Shown here one piece after another: positions 46,799 to 59,388 of a stretch of 64,000 nt of DNA. The DNA lies in contig JAPDFW010000059.1 in the NCBI GenBank assembly GCA_028826165.1, positions 868,001 through 932,000 of the forward strand, written 5' to 3'. Positions within the stretch are counted from its first letter, which is position 1. Each line of letters starts with the position of its first letter. The translations under genes and the position numbers were made by a program. This DNA comes from Anaeramoeba ignava BMAN. Its lineage: Eukaryota; Protista; Anaeramoebae. The notes beneath the pieces are model-generated. The model made no database searches. It saw only the letters and a list, made by a program, of their open reading frames with translations, and had not been told where the DNA came from.

Positions 46799-49700
46799 AT
46801 GTCAAGTCAACAAAATAATAACGAAAATGAAGAAAACAATGAAAAAAAAGAAAAAGAAAAAAAAGAAAAAAAAGAAGAAAACATTCAAAGTGGAAAAAAA
46901 GATGATGAAAAAGAACGACATACAGAGGACAGAACAAATCATCACCACAGAGATTCAAGAGATTCACATTATCACAAACATAATTCACGTCATCATTCAA
47001 GAGAATCTCATAAACATTCCCGAGAAATTCATCATTCACATTCACATTCAAATAGACATCATAAACAAAAATCTTCAAAAGAATATAATGACCATTATCA
47101 TTATGAATCGAAAAGGCATCGCCATTCTTCTCATAGATCTAAATCTCCTAAAAAAAATAAGAGTCCTTCTTTTAAAGAACGTTCTGATTCGTTAAATTCA
47201 ATTGACCAAATGCAAAAAGTAAACTTTATCTTTTTATTTTTTTTTTGTTTTTTTTTTCTTCTTTCTTTTTTATTTTTTCTTTTCCTCAATTATTATATAT
47301 ATATATATATTTATTTTGAATAGTTTTTATTTCTATTTCTATTTCTATTTCTATTTTGTTTCTATATCTATTTTCATTTCTATTTCTATTTATATTTTCT
47401 ATTTATATTTTCTATTTATATTTTCATTTCCATTTATATTTTTATTTCTGAGTTATTTTTCATTTTATCTTCTATTTTAAAAACAATATAAATCTAAATC
47501 TAAATCTAAATCTAAATCTAAAATCTAAATCTAAATATAAATATAAATCTAAATCTAAATATAAATATAAATATAAATATAAATATAAATATAAATATAA
47601 ATATAAATATAAATATAAATATAAATATAAATATAAATATAATTATAAATATAAATATAATTATAAATATAAATATAAATATAAATATAAATATAAATAT
47701 AAATATAAATATAAATATAAATATAAATATAAATATAAATATAAATATAAATATAAATATAAATATAAATATAAATATAAATATAAATATATTTATAAAA
47801 TAAATAAAAAATATAAAATTAAATATAAATATAAATATAAATATAAATATAAATTTAAATATAATTTCTTATTTCTTCTTTTTATTCTTTATTTATAAAT
47901 CTAAATATTTAAATATAAATATCTTTATAAATCTAAATCTAAATCTTTTCTTCTTCTCTTCTAAATATTAAATGTTTCTAAATATAAATATAAATATAAA
48001 TATAAATATAAATATAAATATAAATATAAATATAAATATAAATATAAATATAAATCTAAATATAAATATAAATATAAATATAAATATAAATATAAATATA
48101 AATATAAATATAAATATAAATCTAAATCTAAATCTAAATTTAAATATAAATCTAAATATAAATATAAATATAAATTCCATTTTAATTTCGATTTAAAAAC
48201 AAAAACAAAAAAAAACACTTTAATTAACTTCTTTATTGATTTGACGTTATAATTATTTTGATTATTTTCTTCTTTCTTCTTTTTTTCTTCTTTCTTTCTT
48301 TCTTCTTCTTTCTTCTTTTTTTCTTCTTTCTTCTTTCTTCTTTATTCTTCTTTTTATTCTTTCTCTTGTTTTTTATTTGTTTTGAAACATTTTGGATTAT
48401 TTTATTTTCTTTATGAAACAAATACTTTAAAAATTATGAATTAAATTATTGCATAAAAAACAATGGAAGAGAAAAAATAAAAAAAACAAAAAAAATAAAA
48501 GTCGGAAGATAAAAAATTCTGGACTAATTCCTTGACAGACAACAACCTCATCATCAACAAACTCAAAATCAACGAATGAACTTGTGAATTCCAAGACATC
48601 TTGGGATACAAAACCACAAGATCTTATATTTAATCCACAAAATAGTCAAAATTTTAATAATTTGGGTCAACAAACGTTGATTGATCCTGGAAACGCTTTC
48701 AATTCTCTCCAGACCCAAAACCAATTCCAGTTCATTAACCAGCAATTCCAAAGAAATGACCCATCTTTGTTGAATAGAATATATGTCGGTAGTATTGATT
48801 TCTCTTGTAATGAAGAAAATATTAAATCAATTTTTGAACCTTTTGGAAAAATTCAAAAAATTATGATGCCTATTGTAAGTTATTTCAATATTTAAAATAT
48901 TAAAATATTAAAATTTAAATAAAAATTAAAATTAAAAATAAAAATTAATATTAAAATTAAAATTAAAAATTAAAATTAAATTTAAATTAAAATTGAAATT
49001 AAAATTTATATTGAAATTAAAATTAAAAATTAAAATTAAAATTAAAATTAAAATTAAAATTAAAATTAAAAATTAAAATTAAAATTAAAATCAAAATCAA
49101 AATTAAAATTAAATAGGATACTTCAACAGGAAGACATAAAGGATTTTGTTTTATTGATTTTGCATCACCAAATTCAGCTCAAGCAGCAATGAGCAAGATG
49201 AATGGTTTTTTTCTTGCAGGAAGGTATATATTTACAAAAAATAAATAAGCAATAATTTATAAAAAAAATCTTTTTCAATTTAATTTAATTTAATTTAATT
49301 TAATTTAATTTAGACCTCTTAAATTAGGATCTCCTCGAAAGCCTCAAACTCCACAACCTCCAGTTATATTCCCTCAAATGAATCCAATAACTCCACAAAT
49401 TAATCCTTCTCAATTTATTCCAGAACAAAAACAAAATGCAAATCAAATTTATGTTGGATCAGTAAATTGGAATATTACTTCAGAAGATATTTCAAAAGTT
49501 TTTTCTGTATTTGGTCCTATTGTTTCTTGTAAATTAGTTGTAAGTAATAAAAGAAAGAAAAAATTACAAAATTCAATATTTAATTCAATATTCAATTTAA
49601 TATTTAATTTTTAATATTTAATATTTAATATTTAATTTAATATTTAATTTAATATTCAATTCAATATTTAATTTTTAATATTTAATATTTAATTTTTATT

Positions 49701-50922
49701 AATTTAATATTTAATTTAATTTTTAATATTTAATATTTAATTCAATATTTAATTTTTAATATTTAATTTAATATTTAATATTTAATATTCAATATTTAAT
49801 AATTAATATTTAATAATTAAGAGCAATCCCTTAACTAATGGTCATAAAGGTTATGGATTTATCACATTCCAAACTGAAGAAGCTGCTAAAAGAGCATTAA
49901 AACAAATGGATGGTTTTGAAATTGGAGGTCGTCCTTTAAAAGTTGGTAAAACTTTCTACAAAGTTCAACAATTACAAAATCAAGATTTAGGAAATTGGGA
50001 TATGTCACCAATGGGTATGCCTCCATTTCCTCAAAATCCATTTGGTCCAATTCCACCCTTTCCTTCTAATTTCCCAGCAATGAAAAATTTAATGAATCAA
50101 GGTTTTTTATCCTTTTAATATTAATATTCAATTTAATTTAATTTAATTTAATTCAATTCAATTTAATAAAATTCAAAAGTAAATTTCCCAGTTTCTTCTT
50201 TATCGCAAAATCAAACAGAAAAATATAATGAAAATGAAAATGAAAATGAAAATGAAAATGAAAGTGAAAATGAAAATGAAAAATATAATGAAAATGAAAA
50301 ATATAATGAAAGTGAAAAATATAATGAAAATGATAGTGAAAATTCTAATAATAGTTATAGTGATATTGATATTGATATTCCTATTGATAATGATAAAGAT
50401 AATGATAAAGAGAAAGAAAATGATAATGATAATGATAATGATAATGATAATGATAAAGAAAATGATACTAATAGTAATATTAATAGTGATAGTGATAGTA
50501 ATATTAATAGTGATAAAGATGATAATGATAATGATAATGATAATTATAAAGAACAAACTTTAGAAGATGCTGAAATTGGTGCTCAAGAAAGAAATAACTT
50601 AATGAAAACTCTTGCAAGAAACACTCAAATTACTCGGTGTGTTTTATTGGAAAATATGTGTGATCCAGATGAAATTGAAGGACTTGAACAAGAAGTCCAA
50701 GAAGAATGCTCAAAATTTGGGAAAGTTGAAAAAGTTTATATTCATAAAAAAAAAATTTTAACAAATTCAAAAGAAGAAATTCAAGTTTTTGTTTTGTTTG
50801 CAAACAAAACAGCTGCTGATCAGGCTCAATTACAATTAAATGAAAGATATTTCGCTGGTCATGTTATTTCAGCTAGTTTTTATGACGAAGATAAATTTGC
50901 TCAACATTTGTTTACAAATTAA
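46799..50922 (+). CDS. PUF60: PUF60-like splicing factor (2 RRMs + C-terminal UHM); exons 46799-47218, 48539-48874, 49117-49223, 49314-49539, 49822-50101, 50180-50922
   Basis: RIYVGSI, RHKGFCFIDF, QIYVGSV..DISKVFSVFG, GHKGYGFI, LMKTLAR..VLLENM..EVQEECSKFG..RYFAG. Confidence 0.85.
47325..48175. repeat. (TTTCTA/TTTATA)n followed by (AAATAT)n in PUF60 intron 1
   Basis: Directly visible. Confidence 0.9.
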
Positions 50923-51025
50923 AAAAAAAATGAAAAAGGAAAATTTTTTTTTTTGATTTTTTTCTTTCAAAAATTAATAATTTGAATGAATTTGATTTTT
51001 TTTTTCTTTTCAAAATTTTATTTAT

Positions 51026-53212
51026 TTATTTAAATGAGAAAGAAATTTTTTGGAATTTGGGACAATTTTGAACTAACCAATTTTTATCAATAACTTCAAG
51101 AATCATTTCAATAACCAAATTTTTAAAAGAAGAATTTCTTTCAAGAAAATCAATTAAAAGAGTTTCAATTAAATTTGATGATATTAAATTTTTCAATTTT
51201 TGATAAAGAGAACTTTGATTAAGTTCAGAATCACGAATGATATTTGAAGCAAGACATAAATTTCTTATTGATTTTGGAAGCATTTTGTAATTAGATTGAT
51301 TGAATTCAATTTGATTGATTGATTGAATAAATGAAGAAACTTTTGAGATTATTGCTTGATTCAATTGATTTCCAATATGAGAATCATCAATATGAAGATA
51401 AATATTGAATTCGCAATAAATAGAAAAGAAATTAAGAGTGTTTTTCTTTGAGAGAATGGACCATATATCGGTACAATAATCAATGAAAAGAGGAATAAAA
51501 ACCTTTTCGATTAAGTTTGGAATTAAATTCTGTTCATTTTCATCTGGATTTAATTCATCCTTCATCATGAAATTGAAAAGTGAAATATACCAATCTGTAT
51601 TTGAAAATGTGAAATTTGAAAGTTTCCAGTCAACAAACAGCATTGAAAATCTCACAAAGGGATTAAAAATATCAACAAGTAGCAAACTAACATAAGTTTG
51701 TGAATACGAATCTGGATATTTCAATTTCCAATCCTCAAGACGATGCCGAATAGCATTGCAATCGCAATAATCTTGCTTAACATCCTCGAATATTGAGTTT
51801 GCTTTTTTCAAAAGATTTTCTCTTTGTGAATCCAATTGGGATTTGGAAAGCGTATCCAAATTATATGTTGGGAAATATTTCGAATTTTTGAGTTGAGTAT
51901 AAAAAGAGAATAAATGATGCAATTCTTCATAGCATTGCATAATCAATGGGATTTTATATCGCAAACAATCTGTTAATTCAATAAAATAAATCCGATTTTC
52001 TTGGAAATATTGATATTTTTGAGAGAATTCCTTCATTTCTTGAGATAGATCATTTAGTGTTTGATCCAAATTTTTTTCTCTTTCTTGGAATTGATTGGTT
52101 TGGTTTTCAAAAGTGCTTTTGGATAGAAATAGTTGCTCCAAATTTTGTTTGAGTTTCGTTTCAATTTCGTCAATTGAAACTGTTGTGTTGAAGATTTTGT
52201 TCTTGATTTTGTTCTGGTTTTGCTGCTTTTGAATGCGAGATTTTTTCATTTCTTCTTTTTGTTCTTTTCGATGAATTTGTCTTCCTTCAAATCCGCCATG
52301 TTTCATTTGATTCATTTCCCATCTTAATACTTCATCATCTTCATCATCTTCATCATCTTCGTCATCTCCAAAAATTTCCTCATTTTTTTGGAAATCCATT
52401 TGATTTTGTTTCATTTTATATGATTGAGTGGCAACACTTTTTCTAAATGGATAATCATTTGAAAATTTTGAATTATTTTCTTTTGGCATTCCAAATGATA
52501 TTCTATTTCCTTTTTGATCATCAAAAATATCCTCAATATCATCATCCTCTTCTTGAACAAGACGAATTGTTTCATCATCTCCAATAATTTCGTCTTGATT
52601 TGTTTCTGTTTGTCCGTTTTGATTTGGTAACGGAATCCACTCACTTTTTTTCTGTCTAATTGATCTAAGTTTTTTTATCATATCAATTTCTGTAATATCA
52701 GGAATCTTTGTTTCTTCTTTTTCTTGATCGAAATTTTGGAAATCATAATTATTTTCCTCTATATTTTCCATATCAAAATTATTTTCTTTTACATTTTCAA
52801 TTGGAAAATTTGCAGATTTTGTTTGTGATTTTAAATTTGAAATTTCTTTTTTTGAATAACCTCCAATTCTTGTGAATGATATTGGAATTTGAATTGATGA
52901 AGGAGATTTTCTTTTATGAAAATTTGAATTTTTTCTATTTTTAAATGATTTTTGATTTTGATTTTCAAATGATTTTTGATTTTGATTTTCAAATGATTTT
53001 TGATTTTGATTTTCAAATGATTTTTGATTTTGATTTTCAAATGATTTTTGATTTTGATTTTCAAATGATTTTTGATTTTGATTTTGATTTTCATCTTCAT
53101 CTTCTTCAAAACTAAGAAGAGTTGTATTTATTTTTGAATTGAATTTTTGTGTATTTTGTTGATTATTTTGTTGATTATTTTGTGTTTTTTTTCTGATATT
53201 TCTTCCAAACAT
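51026..53212 (-). CDS. GCFC2/PAXBP1-like (GCFC domain) protein
   Basis: RNIRKK, LLSFEEDE, WEMNQMKHG, IFEDVKQDY..RLEDWKLKYPDSYSQTYVSL..PFVR. Confidence 0.85.
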   Translation of the reverse strand: MFGRNIRKKTQNNQQNNQQNTQKFNSKINTTLLSFEEDEDENQNQNQKSFENQNQKSFENQNQKSFENQNQKSFENQNQKSFENQNQKSFKNRKNSNFHKRKSPSSIQIPISFTRIGGYSKKEISNLKSQTKSANFPIENVKENNFDMENIEENNYDFQNFDQEKEETKIPDITEIDMIKKLRSIRQKKSEWIPLPNQNGQTETNQDEIIGDDETIRLVQEEDDDIEDIFDDQKGNRISFGMPKENNSKFSNDYPFRKSVATQSYKMKQNQMDFQKNEEIFGDDEDDEDDEDDEVLRWEMNQMKHGGFEGRQIHRKEQKEEMKKSRIQKQQNQNKIKNKIFNTTVSIDEIETKLKQNLEQLFLSKSTFENQTNQFQEREKNLDQTLNDLSQEMKEFSQKYQYFQENRIYFIELTDCLRYKIPLIMQCYEELHHLFSFYTQLKNSKYFPTYNLDTLSKSQLDSQRENLLKKANSIFEDVKQDYCDCNAIRHRLEDWKLKYPDSYSQTYVSLLLVDIFNPFVRFSMLFVDWKLSNFTFSNTDWYISLFNFMMKDELNPDENEQNLIPNLIEKVFIPLFIDYCTDIWSILSKKNTLNFFSIYCEFNIYLHIDDSHIGNQLNQAIISKVSSFIQSINQIEFNQSNYKMLPKSIRNLCLASNIIRDSELNQSSLYQKLKNLISSNLIETLLIDFLERNSSFKNLVIEMILEVIDKNWLVQNCPKFQKISFSFK

Positions 53213-53409
53213 TATAATAACAATAACAATAATTATAAAAATTTAAATCTAAAAATGAAAAAAAATGAAAAAAAATGAAAAAATTTATTTTAAAATGAAA
53301 AAAATTTTTGAAAAGAAAGAAATTAAAAAGGAATTAAAAAAAAAGAAAGAAAAATAACGTTTGTTTTGTTTTGATTTTTTTTTTTTCTGTATTTTTTTTA
53401 ATGAATTAA

Positions 53410-55142
53410 TTATTTTTGAAGTAATTCTAACAATTGAGATGATTTCTTGTTAGTTGTATTTTCTCCACAAAAAGATTTTAATTCTGTTATAATTTGTTGA
53501 TTAATTTGTTGATTAAAATCTGAATTTTTTAAAAGAATAATTGAAAATCCAAAAAAAGGATCTATAAATGATTTATTTTGAGAATTATCTTTTGTTGTTT
53601 TAATTTTCTCTAAAAATTTCAAAAGAATTTTCATAAAGAATTGAGAAGGTATTTTTTTGAATAATTTTGTTGTAATTTCTTGAAAGAATTCTATAATTTT
53701 TGGTGATATATTGATTGCTTCTAAATAATTTAAACATCTTTTAAATTTTATTTAAAATTAAAATTAAATTTTTTTTTATTCATTTTTTGATTTAGTTTTT
53801 TTTTTTTACTCATTTTTTTTTGGTGATTGAATTAATTTTTGAATAATTTCAAATGCAGAATTTTTATTTTTTTGGATAATCTCTGTTAAAATTGTAGGAG
53901 ATAATTCAAATCCCAAAAGTGAATTTTCGTCTTGATTAATCAAAGATTTTAATTGCTTAAAAATTTAAATTTTGAAAAAGAATTAAATTATAATTAAATT
54001 ATAATTAAATTATAATTAAATTAAAATTAAATTCAAATAGAATACATTTTCTTCTTTTGTTGTTAATTCTTTTTGTCTTAATTTATCTAATAATTTTTTA
54101 AAGACTCCTGATGGTTTTTCAAATGGTGATATAAATTCAATGAGAGAATTTGGATTTTCATTTTCAAAATCAAGCCATTGAATCTAAATTTTAATTTTAA
54201 TTTTATAAATGAATTTTAATTTTATTTTAATTTTATAAATGAATTTTAATTTTATAAATGAATTTTAATTTATTTTAATTTTATAAATGAATTTTAATTT
54301 ATTTTAATTTTATAAATGAATTTTAATTTTATAAATGAATTTTAATTTTATAAAAGCTTCTACTTCATTATCAGAAAAATTAAGAAGAGGAGGAGCTGGT
54401 TGAATAAAAGGAGGTTGTAAATCTTCAGGAATTAATTGAAATTTTAAAAGTTCTTCAAGATTTTCTTCAACACTAATTATTAATAATATTAAAATTATAA
54501 ATAAATAATTAGAATAAAAATCAAAAGAAAAAAAAAATAATTTTTTTTTTGATAAATTTAGAGATTAAATTTTAATTATGAATTAAAATATATTCTGGTT
54601 TACAAATCGTTATTTTCTGGAAATGGAAGTGAAGGAGAAATAGAAACTGAAGTTAAATGTTTCATTTCAAGTGGTTCAAGTGATTTAAGATCTATTTCTG
54701 TAATTTTTTGTTGATTTTTAGAAATTATTTCTTCAATTTGATTGATTTCAAGATCAAGAATTTCTTGAGGAGTTTTTTTTATAAATTCGATTTTTGATTC
54801 ATTAAGAAAAATCAAAATTAAAAAGTGTTCTTTTTGATTTTCAGAATTTTTAAAAATTTCTGCAATTGAAAAAAAAAATGGAGATGTTTTAATTAAAAGT
54901 GGATCGTTTGCTTGTTGTTGTTGTTCGAACCAAAGCAAATAACTTAGCAAATATATTCCTGTTATTCTTTCTTTTGGTTCAAGTAAGTTTTCTTTTAACA
55001 TTATTGTTAATGAACTTCCAACTGAAAAATGTGATGTTTTTGTAAATGAACTATTAAATGAGTTTTGAATTAATTCAAGTCGGTTTTCTTCTTTAAGAAT
55101 ATTTTTTAATTGTGTAAGTTGATTAATTGTTAAAAAAGACAT
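53410..55142 (-). CDS. CNOT11: CCR4-NOT subunit CNOT11-like, multi-exon
   Basis: HFSVGSSLTIMLKENLL..ERITGIYLL, LQPPFIQPAPPLL..EIQWL, LSPTILTEIIQKN. Confidence 0.7.
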
Positions 55143-55218
55143 TTAAAAAGAATGAAAAATGAAAAATGAAAAATGAAAATTGAAAAAAAATTTTTTTTCC
55201 TTTTTTTTTAATAAGAAA

Positions 55219-57240
55219 AAAATTAATAAAAAAGTGGAATTAATTTTTTAAAAAGTTTTAGAATATAATTTAATTTATATTTAATTATAATTTATTTTTA
55301 ATTTAATATTTAAATATAAAATATAAATAAATTATAAATTAAAATTATTTTATTTTTAGATAAAAAATTAATAAAAAAATGGAATTAATTTTTTATTAGT
55401 TTTAGAATATAATTTAATTTATATTTAATTATAATTTATTTTTAATTTAATATTTAAATATAAAATATAAACAAATTATAATTTAAAATTAATTTATTTT
55501 TTGATAAAAAAATTAATAAAAAAAGTGGAATTAATTTTTAAAAGTTTTAGAATATAATTTAATTTTATATTTAATTATAATTTATTTTTAATTTAATATT
55601 TAAATATAAACTATAATTAAATTATAATTTAAAATTATTTTATTTTTAGATAAAAAATTAATAAAAAAATGGAATTAATTTTTAAAAGTTTTAGAATATA
55701 ATTTAATTTATATTTAATTATAATTTATTTTTTAATTTAATATTTAAATATAAAATATAAATAAATTATAATTTAAAAATTATTTTATTTTTTGATAAAA
55801 AAATTAATAAAAAAATGGAATTAATTTTTAAAAAGTTTTTAGAATATAATTTAATTTATATTTAATTATAATTTATTTTTAATTTAATATTTAAATATAA
55901 AATATAAATAAATTATAATTTAAAATTAATTTATTTTTGATAAAAATTAATAAAAATGGAATTAATTTTTAAAAAGTTTTAGAATATAATCTAATTTATA
56001 TTTAATTATAATTTATATTTAATTTTATATTTAAATATAAACTATAATTAAATTATAATTTAAAATTATTTTATTTTTGATAAAAATTAATAAAAATGGA
56101 ATTAATTTTTAAAAAGTTTTAGAATATAATTTAATTTATATTTAATTATAATTTATATTTAATTTAATATTTAAATATAAAATATAAACAAATTATAAAT
56201 TAAAATTATTTTATTTTTAGATAAAAATTAATAAAAAGTGGAATTAATTTTTAAAAAGTTTTAGAATATAATTTAATTTATATTTAATTATAATTTATTT
56301 TTAATTTTATATTTAAATATAAACTATAAACAAAAATATAATTTAAAATTATTTTATTTTTAGATAAAAATTAATAAAAAGTTGAATTAATTTTTAAAAG
56401 TTTTTAGAATATAATTTAATTTATATTTAATTATAATTTATTTTTAATTTAATATTTAAATATAAACTATAAACAAATTATAATTTAAAATTATTTTATT
56501 TTTGATAAAAATTAATAAAAAGTGGAATTAATTTTTAAAAATTTTAGAATATAATTTAATTTATATTTAGTTATAATTTATTTTTAATTTAATATTTAAA
56601 TATAAACTATAAACAAATTATAATTTAAAATTATTTTATTTTTAGATAAAAATTAATAAAAAGTTGAATTAATTTTTTAATAAGTTTTAGAATATAATTT
56701 AATTTATATTTAATTATAATTTATTTTTAATTTAATATTTAAATATATAAACTATAAACAAAATTATAAATTAAAATTAATTTATTTTTAGATAAAAATT
56801 AATAAAAAGTGGAATTAATTTTTAAAAATTTTAGAATATAATTTAATTTATATTTAATTATAATTTTATATTTAATTTAATATTTAAATATAAACTATAA
56901 ACAAATTATAATTTAAAATTATTTTATTTTTAGATAAAAATTAATAAAAAGTGTAATTAATTTTTTAATAAGTTTTAGAATATAATTTAATTTATATTTA
57001 ATTATAATTTATATTTAATTTAATATTTAAATATAAACTATAAATAAATTATAATTTAAAATTAATTTATTTTTAGATAAAAAATTAATAAAAAAGTGGA
57101 ATTAATTTTTTAAAAAGTTTTAGAATATAATTTAATTTATATTTAATTATAATTTATATTTAATTTTATATTTAAATATAAAATATAAACAAATTATAAT
57201 TTAAAATTAATTTATTTTTAGATAAAAAATTAATAAAAAA
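55219..57240. repeat. Tandem satellite, 14 copies of a ~143-bp extremely AT-rich unit with an internal dyad
   Basis: RTGGAATTAA-like landmark at 55234, 55379, 55525, 55669, 55815, 55956, 56096, 56238, 56381, 56522, 56663, 56809, 56951, 57096. Confidence 0.97.
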
Positions 57241-57263
57241 ATTAAAAAAAATTGAACAGACAG

Positions 57264-57300
57264 TATAAAAGGAAAATTAAAAAAAAATTTTTTTCATTTT
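57264..57300 (+). promoter_or_regulatory. TATA box (TATAAAAG) plus Inr-like TCATTTT ~32 nt downstream
   Basis: TATAAAAG at 57264, TCA ending at 57296, ATG at 57328; spacing fits a TATA-Inr promoter. Confidence 0.5.
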
Positions 57301-57327
57301 TATTTTTTATTTTTTAAATTAAAAAAA

Positions 57328-59237
57328 ATGTCAAAAGAAAAAATTAATCAAAAAATTAAAGATTTATTTGAAAAACAACCAGAAAAATGTGAAAATTATG
57401 AAACTGTTTGTGAAATGCTTATTGAAAATGGATTAGATAAAGAAGAAACAAAATCAAAAGAAACAAAAAAATTAATAAATTCTAAATTAAAAGAAATTAA
57501 GAAAAAAAAGAGAAAAAGTAATGAAATGGAACAAAATTCAAAAAAAAGAAAATCAACAAAAAAACATTCAAAACATAATAAAAAAGATGAAAAGAAAGAT
57601 GAAAAGAAAGATGATAAAAAAGATAACAAAAAACATGATAAAAAAGATGAAAAGAAAGATGAAAAGAAAGATGAAAAGAAAGATGAAAAGAAAGATGATA
57701 AGAAAGATAATAAGAAAGATAATAAAAAACATAATAAGAAAGATGAAAAGAAAGATGAAAAGAAAGATGAAAAGAAAGATGAAAAGAAAGATGAAAAGAA
57801 AAGACATCATAGAAAATCAAAATCTGGATCTATTAAAGGATTAGAAACAACAAATAGAAATAAAAAAACAAAACATAAAAAGAAAGAAGATAAAAAGAAA
57901 GAAGATGAAAAAAAAGAAAGAAAAAAAAGAAGAAAAAAAAAGATGAAAAAAAGATGAAGATGAAAAGAAAAAAGATGAAAAGAAAAAAGATGATAATAAA
58001 GAAGATGATGAAAAAAATGAAAAAGAAAGATGAAAGAAGATGAAAAGAAAGATGATGAAAAGAAAGATGATGAAAAGAAAGATGATGAAAAGAAAGATGA
58101 TGAAAAGAAAGAAGATGATAATAAAGAAGATCAAAAAATGGAAGTTGAAAAAGAAGAAAAGAAACAAAAATCAAAGAAAAAAAAAACAAGAATAAAAAAA
58201 AAAAAAAGAAAACAAAAAAAACTAAACAACCAATTAAATTAGATCCAGTATTAACTAAAAAAATTAAAAATTATACCACTTTTCTTGAAAAAGCAGGATT
58301 AATACACAAAATTAAAAAATCTAAAAAAATGAAAATTCAAGAAAAAAAAATTGAATATCTTGAAGCAGCAATTAAAAAATGTGGAGGAGATTTAAATAAT
58401 CTTTCAGGAAAATTAGCGAAAAAAATTTCTTTTCGAGAAGAAAAAAAATCTGATTTAAAAACATTAAAATCAAATGAAGTCTTAGAAAGAAGAACAAGAT
58501 TTAATCCATCAACAGTTGATTATTCAATTTTATTTTCACCATCATTAGGAACATTTCAAATTCCAAGAATTCAAAAAATTGAAAGTGAAAGTGACAGTGA
58601 TGATGAAAGTGAAAGTAATGATGAAAGTGAAAGTGAAGATGAAAAAGATAAATCAAAAAATAAATCAAAAGATAAATCAAAAGATAAATCAAAAGATAAA
58701 TCAAAAGATAAATCAAAAGATAAATCAAAAGATAAATCAAAAATAAATCAAAAGATAAATCAAAAGATAAATCAAAAGATGAAACAAAAGAAGAAATAAA
58801 AAAGAAGATCAAAAGAAAAAAAGATGAAAATCAAAAGATGAAAAAAAAAGAAGAAAAAGAAGAAACAAAGAAAAAAAAAAGAAGAAACAAAAGAAAATCA
58901 AAAAGATAATCAAAAAATAAATCAAAAAACAAAAAAAGAAACAAAAGAAGAATCAAAAGAAGAAACAAAAGAAGAAATAAAAGATGAAACAAAAGAAGAA
59001 TTAAAAGAAGAATTAAAAGAAGAAACAAAAGAAATGGAAATTGAACAAAATCAAGAAAATAAACAAAATTCAAGTCAAGAAGAAGAAAAAAAAGAATATT
59101 CAGAAATGGAAACAGAAGGAGAAAAACAAAAAAAGAAATTGAACAAAATCAAGAAAAAACGGAAAGTCCAAAATCAAGAAGAAGAAAAAGAATCAATTTC
59201 TGAAAGAAACAGAAGGAGAAAAACAAGTTCAATTTAA
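57328..59237 (+). CDS. K/D/E-rich HIRIP3-like histone chaperone; several frame breaks in A-rich repeats
   Basis: N-terminal DEK-C-like helical segment, long charged tracts, and a block KIKNYTTFLEKAG..LEAAIKKCGG..REEKKSDLKTL..LERRTR resembling the HIRIP3 C-terminal domain. Confidence 0.5.
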
Positions 59238-59388
59238 AATTGATTTTAAAAAAAAATTTTAATTTTAATTTTGATTTTGAATTTATTTCTTTTCAAAAGA
59301 AAGAAAGAAATAAATAAAAACAACAAAATATCATTTTTCATTTTTCATTTTTCATTTTTCTTTTTTCAAAATTAAAAATAAAATAAAA

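Noticed and set aside
48525-48538. U12-type intron in PUF60 (TTCCTTGAC)
   Set aside because: The motif abuts the AG and the donor is GTAAAC, not RTATCCTT.
30844-53212. Functional cluster of splicing genes (U1-70K, PUF60, GCFC2)
   Set aside because: Interspersed with unrelated genes; compatible with chance in a dense genome.
55219-57240. CRISPR-like array
   Set aside because: Whole units repeat with no unique spacers; eukaryotic context; no cas genes.
57900-59237. Multiple frame breaks in the HIRIP3-like gene as recoding or pseudogenisation
   Set aside because: They fall in long A runs of low-complexity sequence, typical of consensus errors.
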